Below are positions 27,376-35,188 of a stretch of 53,890 nucleotides of DNA, piece by piece. Source of the DNA: an uncultured virus (IMG/VR IMGVR_UViG_3300032321_001739) (Duplodnaviria; Heunggongvirae; Uroviricota; Caudoviricetes); the IMG/VR virus record IMGVR_UViG_3300032321_001739. One strand, 5' to 3'. The notes under the pieces were generated by a model. That model saw only the letters and a list, made by a program, of their open reading frames with translations. It did no database searches and was not told the DNA's origin. The position numbers were made by a program, and so were the translations under genes. The first letter of the stretch is position 1, and every line of letters starts with the position of its first letter.

Positions 27376-27518
27376 TACAGAAATCCGGTCTTTTTCCTGT
27401 AGCCTCTACAAAATTCTGCACAGATTCCTGTAATTCTCTCTACTCTCTATACAATAATACGTTCATTTTTTTGTATACTTTAAAACCTAAAATACAGAAA
27501 TCCGACCGGAATTCTGCC
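27376..27518. repeat. Cluster of four TACA-N18-TGTA-type sites (27376, 27407, 27450, 27493)
   Basis: Each site is 26 bp; start-to-start spacing 31/43/43 bp; the last copy ends TGCC. Confidence 0.8.
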
Positions 27519-27537
27519 CTAAAAATCAAACCTTATT

Positions 27538-27759
27538 TTAGTCCAATATAAGACTAATTTTACTATCTCTTATTAAAGACTTTATCTTATCGAAGTCGAC
27601 TTTATCGAAAGACCAGTTATTATTTACAAATACCACTTCGCCTACTATTCGATAGTTAAAATCTGGCTTTTGGAATTCGCCTAAAATCCAATCTATTGTA
27701 ACTAGCATTTCACCTGTTGGAGACATTATAACTGCTTTATCAACTTTTTTATTTATCAT
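27538..27759 (-). CDS. Hypothetical protein, C-terminal tag (RDSKISLILD)
   Basis: Likely start MINKKVD at 27759, which avoids overlap with the divergent 27774 gene. Confidence 0.6.
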   Translation of the reverse strand: MINKKVDKAVIMSPTGEMLVTIDWILGEFQKPDFNYRIVGEVVFVNNNWSFDKVDFDKIKSLIRDSKISLILD

Positions 27760-27773
27760 AGATATTATATTAT

Positions 27774-27986
27774 ATGAAATTGTTTTGTCGTTTATTTGGT
27801 CATCGTTTTTCTTATTATGTAAAGAAGCAACCACTTAGTATTGGATTCATTACAAGAGATTTTAGAAAGTGTTCGAGGTGTTTATATCATCAAAAGTTAT
27901 TAAATGATACTGGTCAGTGGATTGAGTTAAGAAAGGGTTTAGATGAGATTAGGGAAGAAAAGTTAAAGAAGTTAGGGATTCATTAA
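27774..27986 (+). CDS. DUF1660-like small Zn-binding protein, C-terminal tag (REEKLKKLGI)
   Basis: CRLFGH...CSRC. Confidence 0.7.
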   Translation: MKLFCRLFGHRFSYYVKKQPLSIGFITRDFRKCSRCLYHQKLLNDTGQWIELRKGLDEIREEKLKKLGIH

Positions 27987-28178
27987 TTGAGACCTTATTA
28001 TTTTAGAGTTATTATAAGTAACAAAGTTTATTTTATCTACTAATTGAGGTTTTCCTCCATCGTTTATAATAACCAGTTTATCATTATCAGAGAATTTGCA
28101 TAAGTATATTTTATTGAGTGAAATATTGTTAACTTTCCCTTCTATTGTGAATGTAGAGATACAGATTAGTTTTGTCAT
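27972..28178 (-). CDS. Hypothetical protein
   Basis: ORF track; in operon. Confidence 0.55.
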   Translation of the reverse strand: MTKLICISTFTIEGKVNNISLNKIYLCKFSDNDKLVIINDGGKPQLVDKINFVTYNNSKIIRSQLMNP

Positions 28179-28180
28179 AG

Positions 28181-28369
28181 TTACCAGATTTTATACCATT
28201 TCTTTTTGATTAGTTTGTTTAGTTTTTTATCTCTTAGAGCTTCTAACGAATAATATCTATTATAACAATCATTACATATTAGAATTGGTATCTCACCGTT
28301 TACTGGGTCGAATGCTTGACTTTCAATTAGTTTACCGCATTTATTACAACCGCCTGTTATACTTACCAT
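28181..28369 (-). CDS. Zn-finger microprotein, tag RDKKLNKLI plus KKKWYKIW tail
   Basis: CNKC...CNDC. Confidence 0.7.
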   Translation of the reverse strand: MVSITGGCNKCGKLIESQAFDPVNGEIPILICNDCYNRYYSLEALRDKKLNKLIKKKWYKIW

Positions 28370-28563
28370 AGTTTATACCATTTCTTTTTAATGACTTTAT
28401 CTAGAACTAAATCTCTTTTATCTGCTTTCATCTTTTCTGGAGAGTAGTTAACCCAATAACATTTCTTACATACTATATAACCTTCGGGTGTTTTATTATC
28501 TAAAGGTATGGGATTAGGTAAGATAACATCTTTATTACATAGTTTACAATAAGTCAACATCAT
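28363..28563 (-). CDS. Zn-finger microprotein, tag RDLVLDKVI plus KKKWYKLW tail
   Basis: CKLC...CKKC; paralogue of 28181..28369. Confidence 0.7.
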   Translation of the reverse strand: MMLTYCKLCNKDVILPNPIPLDNKTPEGYIVCKKCYWVNYSPEKMKADKRDLVLDKVIKKKWYKLW

Positions 28564-28981
28564 TTGAAAGTATATCGTTTATTTTATTATCTCTTAGAAA
28601 TGATTTAAAGGCTTTTTTAAAGTCTTCTTGGTTAGTTATTGTTGATAGTATCATATTTTTAACTTCTTCTTTTCCCAGTTGGTATACTAAGTCGCTATAT
28701 TGAGAGTAAAGGTTATTAATATTAATTTTGGTTTTTCCATATTCGAATACGATTGAGTCTTTGGTTTGGTGTATAGTGATATGGTTATAAAGAAATGATA
28801 GTTCTAGCATTTTATCGAGTTGTTCTTTAGTAAGTTTATCGTTCATTTTTCCACTAATAATTGATTCAATGGAATCTTTGATAAATAAGTCTGTATCGTC
28901 TAGTGTCATAATATTAGTTTTTTTGTATGAGTTGGGTGATGGTATATCTGAATAGTGGCACCAATCATCTAGGTTTTCCAT
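28544..28981 (-). CDS. Hypothetical protein, C-terminal tag (RDNKINDIL)
   Basis: ORF track. Confidence 0.65.
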   Translation of the reverse strand: MENLDDWCHYSDIPSPNSYKKTNIMTLDDTDLFIKDSIESIISGKMNDKLTKEQLDKMLELSFLYNHITIHQTKDSIVFEYGKTKININNLYSQYSDLVYQLGKEEVKNMILSTITNQEDFKKAFKSFLRDNKINDILSNDVDLL

Positions 28982-29166
28982 ATAAGGTTTATATGTTAGA
29001 TATTGTGGTGGGTTGTAAAAATTCCTGGGAAAAATTTTTTCTTTTGTTGGTCAAAAATTTTTTAAGGTAAGTATCAGATTTAGTCTAATTTATTAAATAT
29101 AGAAATAAAGAGGGCACTTATAATAAGTGAGATAAGTAATACTAATAAAGAATCTAAATCCATAAT

Positions 29167-29448
29167 TTAAAATGCTGGAACGGTGTCTTTAGTTATTTTA
29201 TCCCATTTGTGGTCGATTAAAACAAACGGAGATGGGATAATGACTTGTGACCCATCGGAGTTATAATAAGTTGCGTAGTTGTCACCTAATTCGATTGTAT
29301 CGGTATACCAGATAGCATCGTGCCATTGTCCTTTATGAAAGACTTGTCCTCTTATTTCGTATCTCCAATCTGGTTCTTTTTTAGATTGGCAATTGGTTAA
29401 GAGTAAACTTAGTAGTAGTGATAGTAGTAAGGTTAAAGTGTGTTTCAT
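29167..29448 (-). CDS. Putative lipoprotein
   Basis: Hydrophobic leader ending LLTNC. Confidence 0.65.
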   Translation of the reverse strand: MKHTLTLLLSLLLSLLLTNCQSKKEPDWRYEIRGQVFHKGQWHDAIWYTDTIELGDNYATYYNSDGSQVIIPSPFVLIDHKWDKITKDTVPAF

Positions 29449-29477
29449 ATCGATTATATTTGTTTAATGAAAAAAGT

Positions 29478-30200
29478 TTAAATAATTCTAAACCAACAGT
29501 ATTGTTTATGCCAGTTTGGAGTTTGGTTAAAAAAGTAATTTGAGTTTTGAGTATCATCAATAAGTAATAAACCTGGTTGGTCTATATTATTTGGTCTACA
29601 TATAATAACTTTATCATCATCTAATAAATCAGAATAGTAGTAGGTAAGATTTGCTAATGTATCTTCATCTTTTAGGTAAGGTAGTAGTTTTTTTCCAAAT
29701 ATTACTGATTTAGCCGGACCGATTCTTCCATCCATTGCAATTAAATTAGAACACATTAGTGTTTTTGACATTATCTTTCTATAATCTGTGTCGTAATCAC
29801 CTTGTAGTTTTATATCTAGACCCTGATTTCTAGGTTGAAGATTTTTTGGATTTTTAGTATTCTTATTTAAAAAATCAATCACTTCATTCCATAATTTTTG
29901 ATAGGTTTGAAATTTTTTAGCAGTCATATTAATTTGCATTATTTTTGGACTGATAATTCCCATTTGAGATGAATTATATTGGTTAGAAACATCAGTAACT
30001 TGATTTTCTCTAAATATGTTTAACTCTTCTACTTTATCATCTAAAATAGCATCTACTGCTAATTCACGATTTTGCGTTTTAATCATTCTTTGATACTCTT
30101 CATCTTCTGATGAAAAAATATCTACATACATTAACTGGGTTAAATTTCCGTTAATTTGTTTTTCTGAGTAGTTACAAATATTTTTAAGTTTTTCTTTCAT
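29478..30200 (-). CDS. Hypothetical protein (internal RELAVDAIL, tag-like)
   Basis: ORF track. Confidence 0.7.
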   Translation of the reverse strand: MKEKLKNICNYSEKQINGNLTQLMYVDIFSSEDEEYQRMIKTQNRELAVDAILDDKVEELNIFRENQVTDVSNQYNSSQMGIISPKIMQINMTAKKFQTYQKLWNEVIDFLNKNTKNPKNLQPRNQGLDIKLQGDYDTDYRKIMSKTLMCSNLIAMDGRIGPAKSVIFGKKLLPYLKDEDTLANLTYYYSDLLDDDKVIICRPNNIDQPGLLLIDDTQNSNYFFNQTPNWHKQYCWFRII

Positions 30201-30203
30201 AAA

Positions 30204-32654
30204 TTATCTAATTAATCTAATAGAACCATTAAGTTCTTTTCTACCATCGTTTTTAGGAAGGCCAAATTCAATAGTCCAGTTATAAAGTCCATCTGGACAG
30301 ATTTTTCCATTATAAGTTCCATCCCATTTTCCGGTTGTATCAAAAGATTCCCAGATAGTTTCTCCCCATCTATTATAGATTTTCATATGAAATTCATAGA
30401 TATCCACACCTGATGTAATGATAGGTGAAAATAATTGGTTATGTTCATCACCGTCTGGTGTAAATGAATTAGGTATATAAATTAATTCTTGTGGACAAAG
30501 TTGAATAGTTACTGTGATGTTTTGTGGGTAAGAAGAGCATCCTAATTCCCATCTAACAGCTTGAAATTGAAAGATTCCTTCTGCATCCCAAGTCAAATTG
30601 ATTTGGTCTCCAACAAGTGTATCTCCAAATGTATACCATTCTGTAAATCCTGGTTGTGAGAACAATGATTGATAAACATCAGAAATAGAATCACCTTCAC
30701 ATAGTTCGTGGTATTCAGAATTAGTAATTTGGCCATCAATTTCAATTGAGAATTGTGGTCTTGGATTTACTTGAATCTGAGAAGTTTCGGTAAATTGACA
30801 TCCAGACTGTAGGTAAGTATATGTTATAGTATTAGGACCTGCTAATTGAGTTGTTGGACAAAACTGACTATTTTGAACACCGATTCCCGAGAACTGGCCT
30901 CCTACTGGAGTGGCAGATAATTGAACACAGTTATCATAATCACAAATTGGTCCTACTTGTGCAATTTGTGGTATAATATTTAAATCAACAATAGTAAATG
31001 ATTGTGGTGGTGAAAGACAACCTAAGGCATCTTCTCCGATTACGGTAAGGGTATTTAGATAAGTTCCACCTAAAACCCCAATAACATCAAGTAAGACATT
31101 TTGAGTTCCGTTGCCGGTTAGTGTTCCAATTCCAGAAGTCCAGTTATAAGTTAAGTTATTAAATGCACTTTGAGTTGTGTAAGGATTATTATTAGAATTA
31201 AAACAAACAGTATCGCTTCCTAATATTGGATTTATTGTTATTTGTGGTGGATCAACTAACGTAACGGTTCCGGTTGCATCACATCCGTTTCCATCAGTTA
31301 CTACTACTGAGTAATTTCCTTGACAAAGACCAGTTGCTGTTCCAGTAGTTTGATTATTTGACCATAGAAAAGTCCATGGTGCAATTCCTGCTACTGGATT
31401 TACAGTAGCTTCACCATCACAATAACCAAAACAAAGTGGATTAACAAAGGTGACTGGTGGAATGGGAAGTAAAGGTGGATCGATTAAAGTTGCAGTTCCT
31501 TGATAACTACAACCAGCACCGTCTGCAAGTGTAAAGTTATAAGTTCCTGCACAAAGATTGTTTTGAGTTAATGAGTTTGATCCTAAACTTGGCCAATTGA
31601 TTATAACTGGTTGAGTTCCACCAATTGGTGTTACTACAATTGACCCATTACAATCTCCGTTACAAAGAGGGTTTGTTAATTGAACATTTGGATTTGGTAA
31701 GTTAGGAGTTGGAGTTACTAAGACAGTATCTGGTCCTAATCCACCGGCTACGTTATTACAAGTAGACCAACCTGCGTTACAGGAAGGATAAACAAATTGA
31801 CAAGTATATTGAGTAGGTCCATTTGGAGTAACTGTGATTTGAGGTCCTGTTCCAATTGGATTTGGATTTCCTACTTGAAACCAAGTAAGAGTTGGTGTTA
31901 CAACTGGACCTGATGGTGTCCATCTATGGGAGTTGTTTTGTGTAGTCCATTGAGTTGAGTTTCTACCTGGAACTGAAATACCGATAGTTCCTAATTGGTT
32001 ATGAATTCCTTGAACTGCTGTTCCAAAAGCCCATTGTGGACAGCTAGGTTTGTTTTGAATATGATTTTCGATTACATTTGTAGATTCGTAGATAACGATA
32101 TGAAATGTTCCTTGTAAGTTAGTGCAAGAATACATAGGAACACCAATCCAACTAACAGTTAGTTTTCTACAAGGAGCAACTCCCGATACTTGGTATCTAA
32201 TTTGTCCACCAATACCTGGGTGCCAGTCTTGCCAAGGGCCCATAATACAGTTTTTTGGAACATTTGCAGCCGCACTTGGAATTGGAACTGATGCAAAAGT
32301 TGCTGGTTGACCTCCTGAAAATCCAATCCATCCATTAGATCCAATGTAAAACTGAGTGTATGTGTTTCCAAAAAAACAAAAGGTAAACCCTATATTTAAT
32401 AATTGAGAAACAGCATCATCTGCTAAAAAGACTTGTGTTCCTGTGTTGGTTTGAGCAACATAAGGAATGTTAGTTACACCATAGTTAGTAGTTTGATTTG
32501 GGTTAGAACCAGGTCCGCACTGAGAAAGGTCAGCAGTTAAAGTTGTTTGAGTGACACCACAAGGTAGTGTTTGGTCTGGTCCTAAGAAAGGACAGAATTG
32601 TGATAAGACTACGTTTGAGATTATCAGGGTTAAAAAAAGTAAGATGTTCTTCAT
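30204..32654 (-). CDS. T9SS type-B substrate: SprB-like repeats plus gliding-motility-associated C-terminal domain
   Basis: Signal peptide; PLCNGDCNGSI/PLCFGYCDGEA repeats; YIPNSFTPDGDEHN...IYNRWGE...WDGTYNG...DGLY...G.I.LIR. Confidence 0.88.
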   Translation of the reverse strand: MKNILLFLTLIISNVVLSQFCPFLGPDQTLPCGVTQTTLTADLSQCGPGSNPNQTTNYGVTNIPYVAQTNTGTQVFLADDAVSQLLNIGFTFCFFGNTYTQFYIGSNGWIGFSGGQPATFASVPIPSAAANVPKNCIMGPWQDWHPGIGGQIRYQVSGVAPCRKLTVSWIGVPMYSCTNLQGTFHIVIYESTNVIENHIQNKPSCPQWAFGTAVQGIHNQLGTIGISVPGRNSTQWTTQNNSHRWTPSGPVVTPTLTWFQVGNPNPIGTGPQITVTPNGPTQYTCQFVYPSCNAGWSTCNNVAGGLGPDTVLVTPTPNLPNPNVQLTNPLCNGDCNGSIVVTPIGGTQPVIINWPSLGSNSLTQNNLCAGTYNFTLADGAGCSYQGTATLIDPPLLPIPPVTFVNPLCFGYCDGEATVNPVAGIAPWTFLWSNNQTTGTATGLCQGNYSVVVTDGNGCDATGTVTLVDPPQITINPILGSDTVCFNSNNNPYTTQSAFNNLTYNWTSGIGTLTGNGTQNVLLDVIGVLGGTYLNTLTVIGEDALGCLSPPQSFTIVDLNIIPQIAQVGPICDYDNCVQLSATPVGGQFSGIGVQNSQFCPTTQLAGPNTITYTYLQSGCQFTETSQIQVNPRPQFSIEIDGQITNSEYHELCEGDSISDVYQSLFSQPGFTEWYTFGDTLVGDQINLTWDAEGIFQFQAVRWELGCSSYPQNITVTIQLCPQELIYIPNSFTPDGDEHNQLFSPIITSGVDIYEFHMKIYNRWGETIWESFDTTGKWDGTYNGKICPDGLYNWTIEFGLPKNDGRKELNGSIRLIR

Positions 32655-32774
32655 ATATTTAATATGTTTTTTTAGTAAAAAAGTTTAGTTAGTTATATAT
32701 TGCAAAATGTAGAGTTATTTATAGATTATAGGGTTATAATTAGCAAAAACAATCTACCAATTAGCATAAAAATA

Positions 32775-32805
32775 TTTGATAGTTTAGGAAAATTCCTTAT
32801 CTTTG
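32775..32805 (+). promoter_or_regulatory. Bacteroidota promoter TTTG-N19-TATCTTTG
   Basis: Upstream of 32835. Confidence 0.65.
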
Positions 32806-32834
32806 TATTATAAATCACTACAAAAACAAATAAT

Positions 32835-33521
32835 ATGACATACGACATTAATCAACGTTTTCAATTTTTAAATCAACTAACTGGATTGGTTGTTGATGGT
32901 ATCACACCATCGCTTATAGTCACTGGTGAAGGAGGTCTTGGAAAAACCCACTCGGTGATGCAAACTCTTCGTGAAAAACAAGTTCCAGATTCTGAGTTTA
33001 TTGTTTTCAAAGGTTATTCAACTGCTCGTGGTCTTTACAATACTCTTTATGATAATAATGATAGAGTTATTATTTTTGATGATTGTGACTCTATCTTAGA
33101 GGACCGAGTAGCACTTAACATTTTAAAATCAGCACTTGACTCTTATGAGAAACGAACTATTACTTGGATGGCTCGTATGACAAGAAGTGATGAATATCCT
33201 CAACAATTTGATTTTAAAGGACAAGTTATTTTTATTTCAAATAAGAATATGGATACTATCAATGACGCGATTCTTAGTCGTTCATTAACTGTTGACCTTT
33301 CAATGACTCCGATTGAGAAGATTCAAAGAATGAGTTTTATTTTACCGAATATCTTACCAGACTATGATTTAGATATTAAACAGGAAGCTTTAGAGTTTTT
33401 GAATTCTAAGAAAGATGAAGTTAATTTAAATCTTCGTAGTTTGATTATCACTTCAAAATTGAGAGCGGCTTATCCTGATAATTGGAAAGACTTAGCTAAC
33501 TATATGATTACTACAAAGTAA
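32835..33521 (+). CDS. P-loop AAA+ ATPase (phage type)
   Basis: Walker A GEGGLGKT; Walker B IIFDDCD; FISN; SR arginine finger. Confidence 0.85.
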   Translation: MTYDINQRFQFLNQLTGLVVDGITPSLIVTGEGGLGKTHSVMQTLREKQVPDSEFIVFKGYSTARGLYNTLYDNNDRVIIFDDCDSILEDRVALNILKSALDSYEKRTITWMARMTRSDEYPQQFDFKGQVIFISNKNMDTINDAILSRSLTVDLSMTPIEKIQRMSFILPNILPDYDLDIKQEALEFLNSKKDEVNLNLRSLIITSKLRAAYPDNWKDLANYMITTK

Positions 33522-33523
33522 TT

Positions 33524-33550
33524 AAAACCCACCACTAAGGTGGGTTTTTT
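33524..33550 (+). terminator. Intrinsic terminator AAAACCCACC-acta-aGGTGGGTTTTTT
   Basis: Hairpin plus T-run after the ATPase gene. Confidence 0.85.
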
Positions 33551-33576
33551 GTTTAAGTGTTTTTAATATATACCTT

Positions 33577-34647
33577 ATGAAGCATTTGAAATATTTTGGC
33601 GAATCTCTTTTTGAATCATTATTAAATGAATCAGTTCTTTATTTTTCACCTTTACTTAGAGACAAATTTAAGTCTATGGGTTCTGATATCAGTAAAAAGT
33701 TATTAGGATTGGAAGGAACTGATGTCACTTCGGATATTACTTTTGTAGATTTAGTAGAAAGTGAAGATGATGCTTTACTTTCATTTAGACCAATGAGGCA
33801 AGCACTTTCTAAGATAAGGGTGGTTTATCCTGATGCTAATAATAGTGATTTACAAAACACACCAAATATAGAAGTCAATGATATACTTTATGTTAATGAT
33901 TTCGGACCTGGTAAAAAAACAAATGTTTATAACTCTACAGGTAGAAACACAATCAAAGTAGGAAAGTTTGTTAAGAAAGTATTAGGTGATATCAAAGATA
34001 CTGAAGTAGAAGAATTTGTAAATGATTTTAAATCATCATCTTCATTAAAAACATTAAATGTAGAATTGGTATCTGGAAAAGATATCACCTATTGGTATGA
34101 TTCTCAAAACTATGAATCAATGAAAGGTCAGTTAGGAAATTCTTGTATGGCGGGAAAACAATTTTTTCAGTTATATGAAGAGAATCCAGAAGTTTGTCAA
34201 TTAGCAATTATACAAAGAGATGGTAAGTTGATTGCAAGGGCTTTAGTTTGGAAAGTTGAAAGTGATAACAATGATATTTCTTATTTTATGGATAGACCAT
34301 ATGCAATAATGGATCATTATGTAAAGGTTTTAACTGATTGGGCTCAAAAAAGAGATATGGCTATTTGGAACAGAGGTTATGGAGAAGTTATTTTTAGAGG
34401 AAAAAGAATAGACACTTCGATGAAGGTTAAAATTAAGAAGTTAAAATATGAAGATTATCCTTACTTAGATACATTCAGAAGATATGATTATAAAAAAGGA
34501 TACTTACATAATGATCATTCAAGTAGAAAAAGAGGATATACTTTAACATCAACTGTTGGAGGTCACGGTATCAATCGTAGAAATAGATTGCAAAAAATTG
34601 GTGACTTCTTTGGTATTGGTGAAGATTTAGATCACAAATCACTATAA
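33577..34647 (+). CDS. Hypothetical protein with leader MKHLKYFGESLFESLLNES and SCM...RAL.W...MDR.Y domain
   Basis: TAATATATA 33564-33572. Confidence 0.75.
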   Translation: MKHLKYFGESLFESLLNESVLYFSPLLRDKFKSMGSDISKKLLGLEGTDVTSDITFVDLVESEDDALLSFRPMRQALSKIRVVYPDANNSDLQNTPNIEVNDILYVNDFGPGKKTNVYNSTGRNTIKVGKFVKKVLGDIKDTEVEEFVNDFKSSSSLKTLNVELVSGKDITYWYDSQNYESMKGQLGNSCMAGKQFFQLYEENPEVCQLAIIQRDGKLIARALVWKVESDNNDISYFMDRPYAIMDHYVKVLTDWAQKRDMAIWNRGYGEVIFRGKRIDTSMKVKIKKLKYEDYPYLDTFRRYDYKKGYLHNDHSSRKRGYTLTSTVGGHGINRRNRLQKIGDFFGIGEDLDHKSL

Positions 34648-34853
34648 TCATCTGGATTGATTAATTCATTTTCTTCTAAAGGATTCATTTTGATATAGAT
34701 AAAAACCTGACCGTGTTCTTTGATAAATTTTAAATCATCATAATATTTGTAGTCTTGTTCGGCTCTTTTTTTCCAATAATCATAGACTCCATCGAAATCT
34801 TTATTGAATTGAGTTGCTTTAACTTTACCTATTTTTTTAAGTCTTATTTCCAT
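34632..34853 (-). CDS. Hypothetical protein
   Basis: ORF track. Confidence 0.55.
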   Translation of the reverse strand: MEIRLKKIGKVKATQFNKDFDGVYDYWKKRAEQDYKYYDDLKFIKEHGQVFIYIKMNPLEENELINPDDYSDL

Positions 34854-35079
34854 TTATAAGAGAATTAATTTTTGTATCTCTTTTATTTATTATTTTTTCT
34901 TTTAGAACATTTTCTAAAACGATTTCAGGGTCAGCTGTAAATGGTATTTGTATTGTAAAAACTTCACCATCAGTTGTATCTTTTAGAGAATATGTTGGAA
35001 GAAATGAACTTGAGTTATAGATTGTGGGTAAATGATTTTTGAATCTACCACCAAATTTATTTAGTAATTGCTTTATCAT
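34837..35079 (-). CDS. Hypothetical protein, C-terminal tag (RDTKINSLI)
   Basis: ORF track. Confidence 0.65.
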   Translation of the reverse strand: MIKQLLNKFGGRFKNHLPTIYNSSSFLPTYSLKDTTDGEVFTIQIPFTADPEIVLENVLKEKIINKRDTKINSLINGNKT

Positions 35080-35156
35080 TTAGAATGGTTTTAAGTAACA
35101 TTTGAACAGATTCAACAATATACTTTTCGTCTTCACCATAAATCGGATTTATACTA

Positions 35157-35187
35157 CAAAGATAAGCAAATTATTTTAATTATCAAA
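35157..35187 (-). promoter_or_regulatory. Bacteroidota promoter TTTG-N19-TATCTTTG (minus strand)
   Basis: CAAAGATA 35157-35164 and CAAA 35184-35187 on the plus strand. Confidence 0.6.
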
Positions 35188-35188
35188 A

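Noticed and set aside
27376..27518. CRISPR array
   Set aside because: Repeats are degenerate and the gaps are only 5-17 nt; no cas genes in the window.
29017..29070. A/T-tract palindromes (GAAAAATTTTTTC, CAAAAATTTTTT) in an intergenic gap
   Set aside because: Expected by chance at this AT content; no further support.
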